64,000 bases of DNA from Candidatus Saccharimonadales bacterium (GTDB lineage: Bacteria > Patescibacteriota > Saccharimonadia > Saccharimonadales > UBA4665): the NCBI GenBank assembly GCA_035276765.1, contig DATELH010000002.1:235671-299670 (forward strand), written 5' to 3'. The notes beneath the pieces were generated by a model that worked only from the letters and a program-made list of their open reading frames with translations, searched no databases and was not told where the DNA came from. The position numbers and the translations under genes were made by a program. Numbering within the stretch: position 1 is the stretch's first letter; each line of letters opens with the position of its first letter. Of the stretch, positions 48,094 through 55,995 are shown piece by piece.

Positions 48094-49044
48094 ATGTCAA
48101 AAATGATTCACACGCCAGGTATCGTCAAGGTTGACGATCACAGCGACACCAGCGCCACCTTTGCGATCGAGCCGTTGCACAGCGGCTATGGCATGACTTT
48201 GGGCAACTCACTTCGCCGCGTTTTGCTTTCGAGCATTTCCGGAGCAGCCATCACGAGCTTTAAGATCGAGGGTGCAACCCACGAGTTCACCACCGTTGCT
48301 GGCGTCAAAGAAGATGTTGTCGACATCATGCTGAACTTGAAGGGCATCCGTTTCCGCGTCTTTAGCGACGAGCCGCAAACGCTGCGCATCACTAAAAAAG
48401 GCAAGGGCGCCATTACCGCCAAAGACATTGCCGTTAACGCCGACGTTGAAGTCGTAAACCCAGGTCACGTTATCGCAACTTTGGACGACGACAAAGCTAG
48501 CTTTGTTATGGACTTGGTTGTTGAGACCGGCCGCGGCTATCGCACCATCGACGAAAGTGCCGCCAAGAAAGCCAGCGACCAAATCGCCGTTGACGCCATC
48601 TTCAGCCCCGTCCTGCGCGTCCGCTACAAAGTTGAGAACACCCGCGTGGGCCAGATGACCGACCTCGACAAACTGCTTATCACCATCGAAACCGATGGCA
48701 CTATCAGCCCGAGCGACGCTTTCGAGGAGGCATCAGCCATTTTGGTCAACCAATACACCGCACTGGCTGGCAAGACCCGCGTTGAAGCCGCCCAGCCACT
48801 TGGCGTTCCTGCCCAAGCTGCCGACGACACTACCAGTCAAACAAGCGACGAACCAACTGCGCTTGACACGTCGATCGAAGACCTCAACCTGTCGGCCCGC
48901 ACCACCAACGCTCTCATTAACAACGACATTCACACCATCAAAGACTTGTTTTCTTTGAGCGATGCCGAACTGCGTGACCTCAAAGGTTTCGGCAGCAAAG
49001 CACTCGACGAAGTGAAAGAGAAACTAGCAGAGTTGGAGCTATAA
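48094..49044 (+). CDS. rpoA: DNA-directed RNA polymerase subunit alpha
   Basis: 316 aa with GYGMTLGNSLRRVLLSSI and the C-terminal domain LNLSARTTNALINNDIHTIKDL. Confidence 0.96.
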   Translation: MSKMIHTPGIVKVDDHSDTSATFAIEPLHSGYGMTLGNSLRRVLLSSISGAAITSFKIEGATHEFTTVAGVKEDVVDIMLNLKGIRFRVFSDEPQTLRITKKGKGAITAKDIAVNADVEVVNPGHVIATLDDDKASFVMDLVVETGRGYRTIDESAAKKASDQIAVDAIFSPVLRVRYKVENTRVGQMTDLDKLLITIETDGTISPSDAFEEASAILVNQYTALAGKTRVEAAQPLGVPAQAADDTTSQTSDEPTALDTSIEDLNLSARTTNALINNDIHTIKDLFSLSDAELRDLKGFGSKALDEVKEKLAELEL

Positions 49045-49045
49045 G

Positions 49046-49504
49046 ATGCATCGTCACGGATACAAAGGCCGAAAACTGCACCGCGAGCGCGACCAACGTG
49101 AAGCGCTTGTGAAGGGTTTGGCCGACTCGCTCATCAAGTACGAGTCGATCGAAACCACCCTTCCAAAGGCCAAAGAAGTGGTGCCTTACATCGAAAAATT
49201 AATCACCAAAGCCAAAAAGGGTGACTTGCACAACCGCCGTCAAGTAATCAGCAAACTGCAGACTGTGGCGAGCGCACACAAGCTGGTCGACGAAATTGCG
49301 CCAAAGATGGGCGGCCGTGTGAGCGGCCACGTACGCATCACCAAAACCCGCTTGCGCCGCGGTGACAATGCCCAAATGGCAAAGGTGAGCTTTGTTGATG
49401 ACCTCAAAGAAGCGCCGGTAGCAAAGGCCGCCAAGCCAGCTACCGAAAAAACTCCTGCAGCCAAGAAAGCTGCGCCAAAAAAGGCAGAAAAGGAGACTAA
49501 ATAA
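49046..49504 (+). CDS. rplQ: 50S ribosomal protein L17 (with Lys/Ala-rich C-terminal tail)
   Basis: MHRHGYKGRKLHRERDQREAL...IETTLPKAKE. The tail is APVAKAAKPATEKTPAAKKAAPKKAEKETK. Confidence 0.95.
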   Translation: MHRHGYKGRKLHRERDQREALVKGLADSLIKYESIETTLPKAKEVVPYIEKLITKAKKGDLHNRRQVISKLQTVASAHKLVDEIAPKMGGRVSGHVRITKTRLRRGDNAQMAKVSFVDDLKEAPVAKAAKPATEKTPAAKKAAPKKAEKETK

Positions 49505-49947
49505 TGAAAACTTACAGCGCAAAGCCAACTGACGTTGTGCGCAAGTGGTACGTTATTGACGCCTCCGAAGCGCCACTCGGCCGTGTCGCCACACAAGCCG
49601 CCAAGTTGCTCACCGGCAAAGACAAGCCGATGTTCACGCAACATATCGACTGCGGCGACTATGTGGTTATCGTCAACGCCAAAAACCTGGTAGTTACCGG
49701 CAACAAACTGCAAGATAAAATGTACTACCACCACAGCCATTTCCCAGGCGGCCTCAAAGAAGCAACTTTGGCTGAAAAGATGGAAAAAGACCCCACCCAC
49801 GCGCTTGAACATGCCATTCGCGGCATGCTGCCAGTAAACAAATTGCGCGATGGCCGTTTGGCCCGCCTCAAGGTTTACGCCGACGCAGACCACAAGCACG
49901 AGGCACAAAAGCCGACCACCATCTCACTAAAGAAAGGGAGCAAATAA
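49504..49947 (+). CDS. rplM: 50S ribosomal protein L13
   Basis: WYVIDASEAPLGRVATQAAKLLTGK... and YYHHSHFPGGLK. Confidence 0.96.
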   Translation: MKTYSAKPTDVVRKWYVIDASEAPLGRVATQAAKLLTGKDKPMFTQHIDCGDYVVIVNAKNLVVTGNKLQDKMYYHHSHFPGGLKEATLAEKMEKDPTHALEHAIRGMLPVNKLRDGRLARLKVYADADHKHEAQKPTTISLKKGSK

Positions 49948-50342
49948 TGGCTCAGAACTATTTTTACGCCCTCGGCCGTCGTAAGGCTGCAACAGCCCGT
50001 GTTCGTTTGAGCAGTGGCAAAGGCACCATTACCGTTAATGGCAAGCCCGCTGCTGAGTATTTTGCCGAAAGCAAAAACTTGCTCACCGACCTCGAAAAGC
50101 CGTTCGCCACTTTACAGCAAGAGAACAAATACGACATTACTGTCCGTGTTGATGGCGGCGGTCACGCCGGTCAGGTTGACGCCATCCGCCTTGGCATTGC
50201 CAAAGCTTTGACGCAGCTGAACGAAGACTTCAAGAGCACACTTAAGCGCGCCGACCTCTTGGGTCGCGACGTACGCACCAAAGAGCGCAAGAAGTTCGGC
50301 CTCAAAGGCGCCCGCAAACAACGCCAGTTCACCAAGCGTTAA
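49947..50342 (+). CDS. rpsI: 30S ribosomal protein S9
   Basis: GRRKAATARVRL... and GLKGARKQRQFTKR. Confidence 0.96.
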   Translation: MAQNYFYALGRRKAATARVRLSSGKGTITVNGKPAAEYFAESKNLLTDLEKPFATLQQENKYDITVRVDGGGHAGQVDAIRLGIAKALTQLNEDFKSTLKRADLLGRDVRTKERKKFGLKGARKQRQFTKR

Positions 50343-50375
50343 TCGCTTCTCGAACTTGCGGTTATACAAAAACCA

Positions 50376-50404
50376 AAAACCTCTCGGAATTCCGGGAGGT
50401 TTTT
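50376..50404 (+). terminator. Intrinsic terminator after rpsI
   Basis: AAAACCTCTCGG-AAT-TCCGGGAGGTTTT. The pairing can extend outward (TTATACAAAAAC / GTTTTTGTATAA). Confidence 0.75.
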
Positions 50405-50417
50405 GTATAATCAAATC

Positions 50418-50954
50418 ATGTCTAAACTTATTCTTTTGAACGGCGCGGTTGCCGTTGGCAAATCCACCATAACCGAACGCTACCTAAACGAACATCCGCT
50501 GGCCCTCGGCATCAGCGGCGACAACATAATTGTCATGCTTGGTCAGTGGCTCCAGCATGAACCCGAAGCGTGGAACATGGTTTTTGAATTTACGAAAGCG
50601 CTTACAGCAACACACCTAAAAACTGGTCACGACGTTGTGCTTCCATATTTGCTCGTCCATCCCGGTCACGTCGAAGCGTTCGAAGCTTTAGCGCAGCAAC
50701 ACAATGCGCAATTTTACGAAGTCTTGCTCTATGCCGACCGAGAAGACGCCATTCAGCGTGCCTTACAGCGTGGCACCTGGGGCGAACCAGGCTCGCCACC
50801 ACTTACCGCCGCTGATCGGCCCATCCTCGAAGAAAAGTATGACACCATGATGCAAATCGTTTCCGCGCGGCCACAGACCATCAAAATACCAGCCACTAAA
50901 GGAGCGGTAGAGGAAACGTATGCGCAATTCCTCGCAGCTATTTCCAGGCCATAA
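50418..50954 (+). CDS. P-loop NTPase / small-molecule kinase-like protein (AAA_33 / zeta-toxin-like fold)
   Basis: Walker A is LLNGAVAVGKST, and it is ~178 aa. TATAAT at 50406..50411 lies 6 nt before ATG 50418. The track start is TTG 50403. Confidence 0.6.
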   Translation: MSKLILLNGAVAVGKSTITERYLNEHPLALGISGDNIIVMLGQWLQHEPEAWNMVFEFTKALTATHLKTGHDVVLPYLLVHPGHVEAFEALAQQHNAQFYEVLLYADREDAIQRALQRGTWGEPGSPPLTAADRPILEEKYDTMMQIVSARPQTIKIPATKGAVEETYAQFLAAISRP

Positions 50955-50964
50955 GTTACTGCAT

Positions 50965-50993
50965 TTGCAAACCAATACAAAACAAGCTACACT
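50965..50993 (+). promoter_or_regulatory. Putative promoter of the aromatic leader peptide (TTGCAA-17-TACACT)
   Basis: TTGCAA at 50965..50970, a 17-nt spacer, and TACACT at 50988..50993. The ATG follows 6 nt downstream. Confidence 0.55.
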
Positions 50994-50999
50994 GGCACC

Positions 51000-51074
51000 A
51001 TGAAAACCTTGCAAGCCGCAGCCTTTTATTGGTTTACCGACACTCGTGTGGCGGCTTGTTCTGTGCGTTCATAA
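51000..51074 (+). CDS. Putative attenuation leader peptide MKTLQAAAFYWFTDTRVAACSVRS (24 aa)
   Basis: Hand translation. Consecutive Phe-Tyr-Trp-Phe codons at 51024..51035 are flanked by mutually exclusive pairing segments and followed by a terminator. Confidence 0.5.
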   Translation: MKTLQAAAFYWFTDTRVAACSVRS

Positions 51075-51094
51075 AAGACCAAAAATGCCAACAG

Positions 51095-51119
51095 AAACCG
51101 CCGCACCCAGGCGGTTTTT
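51095..51119 (+). terminator. Intrinsic terminator of the putative aromatic attenuator
   Basis: Stem AAACCGCC / GGCGGTTT, loop GCACCCA, followed by TTAATTT. It lies 20 nt upstream of the SD AAAGGAAG of orf 51140. Confidence 0.65.
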
Positions 51120-51139
51120 AATTTCAGAAAGGAAGAAAT

Positions 51140-51442
51140 ATGATAACAAATAGGGAAAACGCACCCGCCCTCACAGTAAGCGGCATGGAGCTGCGCGAGT
51201 TAATTACGGACCGCAAAGTACCCGAGGCATTAACAGTCCCGGCGGATGCAAGCGACTCGCTAGCCCTTGCCAAGGAGAGGACGGCTTTGTTGTATGCCTC
51301 AGTTGAGGCGCGCTCCATGCGGCCACCGCTCAAAATTGGCGGTGTTGTGCTGCACAATACGAGCGAAATAAACTTGGCCGGGGCCGGCATGCTCGCCAAT
51401 ATTCGCGCCGAACAAGCTGGTTTACCGCAACCTGAGGTATAA
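51140..51442 (+). CDS. Hypothetical protein (orphan), probably co-transcribed with trpS
   Basis: 100-aa ORF with SD AAAGGAAG. It ends 10 nt before trpS. Confidence 0.5.
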   Translation: MITNRENAPALTVSGMELRELITDRKVPEALTVPADASDSLALAKERTALLYASVEARSMRPPLKIGGVVLHNTSEINLAGAGMLANIRAEQAGLPQPEV

Positions 51443-51452
51443 TAAAACCAAT

Positions 51453-52487
51453 ATGAGTAAACCAGTTATCTTAACAGGGCTGCGGGCCAATAACGACCTG
51501 ACGCTCGGCAATTATTTGGGTGCATTGTTGCCGCTCATTGATATGGCCAAAACTCGGGCCGACGAGTTTGACGTGCACTTGTTTGTGCCCGACCTGCATA
51601 GTTTTACGACGCCCATCAACCATGGCACGTTGTACCAACAAACGCTCGACAATTTGCGTATTTTCGTGGCCGCCGGCTTGCCGCTCGACCATCCGAGCGT
51701 GCATATTTACCGCCAAAGCTACATCCCAGCACACAGCGAGCTCACCTGGATTTTAGACTGTTTTACTGGTTTTGGCGAAATGAGCCGCATGACGCAGTTC
51801 AAAGACAAATCAGCCAAACTGCACGACGATCGCATTAGTGTTGGGCTGTTCAATTATCCGGTGCTGATGGCTGCCGATATTTTGCTATATAACGCTACCT
51901 ACATTCCGGTGGGTGATGACCAAACTCAGCACCTGGAGTTCACTCGCGACATCGCTGAGCGCATGAACAAACAGTTTGGCGGCGGCTTGTTTGTGGTGCC
52001 AGCGCCAGTACCCAAGCAGCACGATTTTTTTGGCAAAGACCAAGGCCTGCGCATCCGTGACCTCCAAGACCCCACCAAAAAAATGAGCAAAAGCGACGAT
52101 ACCGGCAAAGGCGTGCTCTTTTTGAACGACAATGTAGCAGATACCGTCAAAAAGGTTATGAGCGCCACCACCGATAGCCATGCAGACATCCAATACGACA
52201 TGGCCGCCCGCCCCGGTGTCTCTAACTTGCTGCAAATATTATCGCTGCTGAGCGGCCGCCCGATGGAAAAAGTACTCAGCGAGTGGCAAGGCCAGCCCAG
52301 TTACGGCGAGCTGAAAAAAGCGGTTGCGACGCAAGTAGAGGTGTTTTTGCTGGACTTCCAAAAGCGTTTGGCCGCCGTTGACCAGCAAGCTTTGCTTACA
52401 AAACTCGTCGATGACGAAGCCAAAATGAATGTTATCGCGGGCGAGACGCTAGCACGTGTACAAAGGGCAGTGGGGCTACGGCCTTAG
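51453..52487 (+). CDS. trpS: Tryptophanyl-tRNA synthetase
   Basis: 344 aa with the HIGH-region variant LTLGNYLGAL, GDDQTQHLEFTRDIA and KMSKS (KKMSKSD). Confidence 0.94.
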   Translation: MSKPVILTGLRANNDLTLGNYLGALLPLIDMAKTRADEFDVHLFVPDLHSFTTPINHGTLYQQTLDNLRIFVAAGLPLDHPSVHIYRQSYIPAHSELTWILDCFTGFGEMSRMTQFKDKSAKLHDDRISVGLFNYPVLMAADILLYNATYIPVGDDQTQHLEFTRDIAERMNKQFGGGLFVVPAPVPKQHDFFGKDQGLRIRDLQDPTKKMSKSDDTGKGVLFLNDNVADTVKKVMSATTDSHADIQYDMAARPGVSNLLQILSLLSGRPMEKVLSEWQGQPSYGELKKAVATQVEVFLLDFQKRLAAVDQQALLTKLVDDEAKMNVIAGETLARVQRAVGLRP

Positions 52488-52492
52488 CGCAT

Positions 52493-53374
52493 ATGCGGCA
52501 CGTCACGTATCACCCTGATCCCGAGGGCGAGCCCACGCGCGCCGAAGCGCCGCGGCTCGACGTGTTTGTGCTCGACAACATGCCGCGCCTCAGCCGGGCA
52601 TTTGCGCAAAAACTGTGTGACCAAAGCAAGGTGACGGTCAATGGCAAGACCGCCAAAGCCGGCTACAAGCTGCGCGGCGGCGACCAAGTTGCCATCGACT
52701 ACGACGAAGCCGAGCTCGACCAAATTCCGCCCATCGACCTGCCTATTTTATACGAAGACGACGACTGCGTTGTCATCAACAAACCAGTTGGCGTGCTCAC
52801 TCATAGCAAGGGTGAATTTAATCCCGAAGCCACCATTGCCACCTTCATGCGAGACAAATTACAGGATATGGGCGGCAACCGCGCAGGCATTGTGCACCGG
52901 TTAGATCGGGCAACGAGCGGTGTAATTATTTGCGCCAAAAACGTGCGTGCGTTGAGCTTTTTGCAAAAGCAATTTTCGCAGCGGAAAGTCAAAAAGACCT
53001 ACAATGCGGTCGTCGTGGGCGTGCTTGAACCAGCCGAAGCCATCATCGACATGGCTATCGAGCGCAACCCCAAAGCCCCAGCCACTTTCCGCGTCGGGCC
53101 GAACGGCAAGTCTGCTATCACTCACTATAAAACCCTGCAAACAGGCGCAAGCAACAGCTTGGTTGAGCTCAAACCCGAAACCGGTCGCACGCACCAGCTG
53201 CGCGTCCATTTGGCGCACGTTGGCCATCCAATTGTTGGCGACGTTTTGTACCACGGCAAGTCCGCCGACCGCCTTTACTTGCACGCACTCAGCCTCGAAA
53301 TTACCTTGCCAAACCGTGAACGAAAAGTGTTTAAAGCGCCGTTGCCCGCCGCATTTAACGCTATACTTAAATAA
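52493..53374 (+). CDS. RluA-family rRNA pseudouridine synthase (RluD-like, with N-terminal S4 domain)
   Basis: S4-like RLDVFVL...KVTVNGKTAKAGYKLRGGD. The catalytic motif is HRLDRATSGVII, followed by GRTHQLRVHLAHVGHPIVGD. Confidence 0.9.
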   Translation: MRHVTYHPDPEGEPTRAEAPRLDVFVLDNMPRLSRAFAQKLCDQSKVTVNGKTAKAGYKLRGGDQVAIDYDEAELDQIPPIDLPILYEDDDCVVINKPVGVLTHSKGEFNPEATIATFMRDKLQDMGGNRAGIVHRLDRATSGVIICAKNVRALSFLQKQFSQRKVKKTYNAVVVGVLEPAEAIIDMAIERNPKAPATFRVGPNGKSAITHYKTLQTGASNSLVELKPETGRTHQLRVHLAHVGHPIVGDVLYHGKSADRLYLHALSLEITLPNRERKVFKAPLPAAFNAILK

Positions 53375-54238
53375 ATGAGACTTGTTTTACATCCCCGGAC
53401 CATGCAAGAGTTGACGGCCTTGCGGCAAAATCCCACGCATGCAGTGGCGCTGGTTGGGGCACGTGGTAGCGGCAAACGCACGCTGGCCGAGCAAATCGTC
53501 GCCGAAGTGCTCGGCATTGAAAACGAAAAACTCCCAAACCACCCATACTTTTTGCAAGTAAACCCAGACGAAACAACCGTTTCGATCGAGCAAGTTCGCG
53601 AATTGCAGCATTTTACGCAACTCAAAACCATTGGCAGTGCGCCAATCCGCCGCGCCGTAATTATTTTGGGTGCCGGCTACATGACCACCGAAGCGCAAAA
53701 CGCTTTTCTAAAATTACTCGAGGAACCGCCAGCCGATACCATGCTAGTACTCACCGTCGAAAATGAGCGAGCGCTGTTGCCGACCATTATGTCTCGCGTC
53801 CGGCCAATCCCAGTCCGCCAGGTTCCAGAAGCTGCCGTGCGCGCGCACTTCACCGAAAATTTCGACCAAGCTGCCGTCGAAAAAGCCTATTTTTTGAGTG
53901 GCGGGCTGCCCGGCCTCATGCAAGCATTATTGCAAGATGAGCAGACACACCCGCTAGTGGGAGCCGTAGCCACTGCCAAAAACATACTGCAAAAGCCAAC
54001 ATTCGAACGGTTGTTGCTCGTCGATGAACTGAGCAAAAAGAAAGACGAAGCCCGGTCTACACTGCAAGCACTCCAGCAAATTGCCGAAACCGGTCTGCAA
54101 GGCGCCGGCAAGCAACACGACAACGCCAAAATAAAGCGCTGGCATACTGTGCTAACAGCGGTGTACGAAGCCGAAAAGGCCTTTGCGGCCAATGCTAACG
54201 CCAAGATTGTTCTCACAAATCTCATGCTTGCATTCTAA
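53375..54238 (+). CDS. holB: DNA polymerase III subunit delta'
   Basis: 287 aa with an AAA+ P-loop-like GARGSGKRTLAE and the clamp-loader box AQNAFLKLLEEPP, followed by SRV/SRC-type MSRVRPI. Confidence 0.8.
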   Translation: MRLVLHPRTMQELTALRQNPTHAVALVGARGSGKRTLAEQIVAEVLGIENEKLPNHPYFLQVNPDETTVSIEQVRELQHFTQLKTIGSAPIRRAVIILGAGYMTTEAQNAFLKLLEEPPADTMLVLTVENERALLPTIMSRVRPIPVRQVPEAAVRAHFTENFDQAAVEKAYFLSGGLPGLMQALLQDEQTHPLVGAVATAKNILQKPTFERLLLVDELSKKKDEARSTLQALQQIAETGLQGAGKQHDNAKIKRWHTVLTAVYEAEKAFAANANAKIVLTNLMLAF

Positions 54239-54261
54239 TTTTTTGCTATAATAAGGCAAGC

Positions 54262-54915
54262 ATGTATGAGTTGGCATTTATAGTCGGGTTCGGGTGGTTG
54301 GCCTACCATAACGCACACATTCACGACGACGAATTCGCCGGTGCGTCGCGCAAGATCGGCGACCGTTTAGGCAAATTATGGGATATCGCGCACCAAGGCA
54401 TGCGCGAAAACCGCTTTTTGCGCGCCGAAAAAGCGTTGCTCACCATCCTGAAAATCGACGAAAAAAATGCCGCAGCCTATAACCGCCTCGGCATTTTGTA
54501 CGCCAAACAAAAAGAGTACCGCGACGCCATCGACTGCTTTGAAATCGCTTCGAGCATCGAGGCTACGCCATCGAGTCTGCACAACCTCGGCCTCATTTAC
54601 TATGAAACCGAAAACTACGAAAAGGCAGCCATCGCCTTTGAGCAGGCGCTCAAGCTGGAAGACAGCTTAGCTGCTCGTCACGTCGCCTACGCCAAAGTTC
54701 AGGAAAAACTCGGCAACGAAAAAATGATGTTTCAGTCACTTGAAAAAGCAGCCGACCTCGAACCAAACAAAGAAACCTACACGCTCCTACAGCACGCCTA
54801 TGAATCGCGCGGCATGCAAGCTCAAGCCGATATGATCGAGCAAAAACTTAAAAAACTCATCGTGCCCGATGGTCGCCCGAAGCGCATCGTGCGTCCGCGG
54901 CGAGTGGTTGTATAA
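54262..54915 (+). CDS. TPR repeat protein
   Basis: 217 aa with several 34-aa TPR-like units (AAYNRLGILYAKQKEYRDAIDCFEIA, LHNLGLIYYETENYEKAAIAFEQALKL). An extended -10 TGCTATAAT lies at 54244..54252. Confidence 0.75.
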   Translation: MYELAFIVGFGWLAYHNAHIHDDEFAGASRKIGDRLGKLWDIAHQGMRENRFLRAEKALLTILKIDEKNAAAYNRLGILYAKQKEYRDAIDCFEIASSIEATPSSLHNLGLIYYETENYEKAAIAFEQALKLEDSLAARHVAYAKVQEKLGNEKMMFQSLEKAADLEPNKETYTLLQHAYESRGMQAQADMIEQKLKKLIVPDGRPKRIVRPRRVVV

Positions 54916-54917
54916 CA

Positions 54918-55361
54918 ATGCCGGAGCGACCTGTCGAAATTGCCCACATCAGATGTGAATCGGGCAAATACGTGCGAGCGCCATTTCCGCCAGCGCCGCC
55001 GATCGATGTGGTCATAGGGTATCTTGCCCAAACCAATGCGGATCTCGTCCTCTATCCGCCCGAGTACGCGGGCGATATTACGCCGGCGGGCTGGAAAGAA
55101 GAAGTGGGGCAGTTAGACTCGTATCTTATAAAAGTGAGTGAAAACGGCGGGGAAGCGGATATTTCGGTAGCGCACAATGAGATGCAAGCCCAGGGTCAAA
55201 GCGCAGAAAACCTTCACCACCTTTCGCCAGACAGCTTACAAGACTTCACCTATATTGGCGTGCAAAATAATAAAAACCTCATTATTGGAGGTGTTGTACT
55301 CTGCGTCACTACTGACATGGTAGATGGTTTGCGCCGGATATTTCCCGAGGGACAGCTATAA
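54918..55361 (+). CDS. Hypothetical protein (orphan)
   Basis: 147-aa ORF with no family recognised. Confidence 0.5.
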   Translation: MPERPVEIAHIRCESGKYVRAPFPPAPPIDVVIGYLAQTNADLVLYPPEYAGDITPAGWKEEVGQLDSYLIKVSENGGEADISVAHNEMQAQGQSAENLHHLSPDSLQDFTYIGVQNNKNLIIGGVVLCVTTDMVDGLRRIFPEGQL

Positions 55362-55385
55362 AAAGAGCCGCATAAGCGGCTTTTC
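55362..55385. terminator. Bidirectional intrinsic terminator between orf 54918 (+) and rpmG (-)
   Basis: AAAGAGCCGC-ATAA-GCGGCTTTT, flanked by an A-run and a T-run. Confidence 0.75.
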
Positions 55386-55583
55386 TTATTTTTTGACTTC
55401 GTTTCGGCCCAAGTTTTTCTTGGTTTCCGTAAAGAGTACGTGACGGCGAAGCTTAGGACTGTATTTGCGCAAGCTGAGTTTTTCAGGAGTGTTCATCGTA
55501 TTTTTGGTAGTGTAATAGATGCGTTCGCCAGATTCTTCGCTGACCAAGCCAATGATTTTGCGCTTATCGCCTTTTTTTGCCAT
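55386..55583 (-). CDS. rpmG: 50S ribosomal protein L33
   Basis: [55 protein letters not shown] plus a short basic tail. No Cys zinc motif is present. Confidence 0.9.
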   Translation of the reverse strand: MAKKGDKRKIIGLVSEESGERIYYTTKNTMNTPEKLSLRKYSPKLRRHVLFTETKKNLGRNEVKK

Positions 55584-55646
55584 GATATATACCTTTTATA
55601 AAAACAACTACTTGTAATTTTAACAGATGTAAACCGAAATGTAAAC

Positions 55647-55721
55647 TGGAGCCGAAGACGAGGATTGAACTCGTGACCCCCGCCTTACCATGGCGGTGCT
55701 CTACCACTGAGCTACTTCGGC
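55647..55721 (-). tRNA. tRNA-Thr (anticodon GGU), CCA encoded
   Basis: Hand-folded, with acceptor GCCGAAG/CTTCGGC, anticodon stem CCGCC/GGCGG, loop ATGGTAA and T-loop TTCAATC. Confidence 0.9.
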
Positions 55722-55758
55722 ACATACAATTCTTCGAAGCTCGAGTTTCATATGGTAT

Positions 55759-55843
55759 TGGTGCAGGGTGAGGGATTCGAACCCCCGAAGGCTGAGCCAG
55801 ATGATTTACAGTCACCCGTGTTTGACCGCTTCACTAACCCTGC
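55759..55843 (-). tRNA. tRNA-Tyr (anticodon GUA), long variable arm, CCA encoded
   Basis: Hand-folded, with acceptor GCAGGGT/ACCCTGC, anticodon loop CTGTAAA, variable arm TGGCTCAGCCTTC and T-loop TTCGAAT. Confidence 0.9.
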
Positions 55844-55866
55844 GTGTTAAAGTTCCGGGCAAGGCT

Positions 55867-55942
55867 TGGAGCCGACAGAGGGATTCGAACCCACGACCCG
55901 CTGTTTACAAAACAGCCGCTCTAGCCACTGAGCTATGTCGGC
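55867..55942 (-). tRNA. tRNA-Thr (anticodon UGU), CCA encoded
   Basis: Hand-folded, with acceptor GCCGACA/TGTCGGC, anticodon stem GCTGT/ACAGC, loop TTTGTAA and T-loop TTCGAAT. There is one U-U mismatch in the T stem. Confidence 0.88.
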
Positions 55943-55965
55943 CTGTTTTGCCCGAACTACCGGTG

Positions 55966-55994
55966 TATTTTAGCAAGAAATAGCCGTTTGGGCA
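55966..55994 (-). promoter_or_regulatory. Putative promoter for the tRNA-Thr/Tyr/Thr-rpmG unit (TTGCCC-17-TAAAAT)
   Basis: Minus strand has TTGCCC at 55994..55989, a 17-nt spacer, and TAAAAT at 55971..55966. This is ~24 nt upstream of the first tRNA. Confidence 0.5.
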
Positions 55995-55995
55995 A

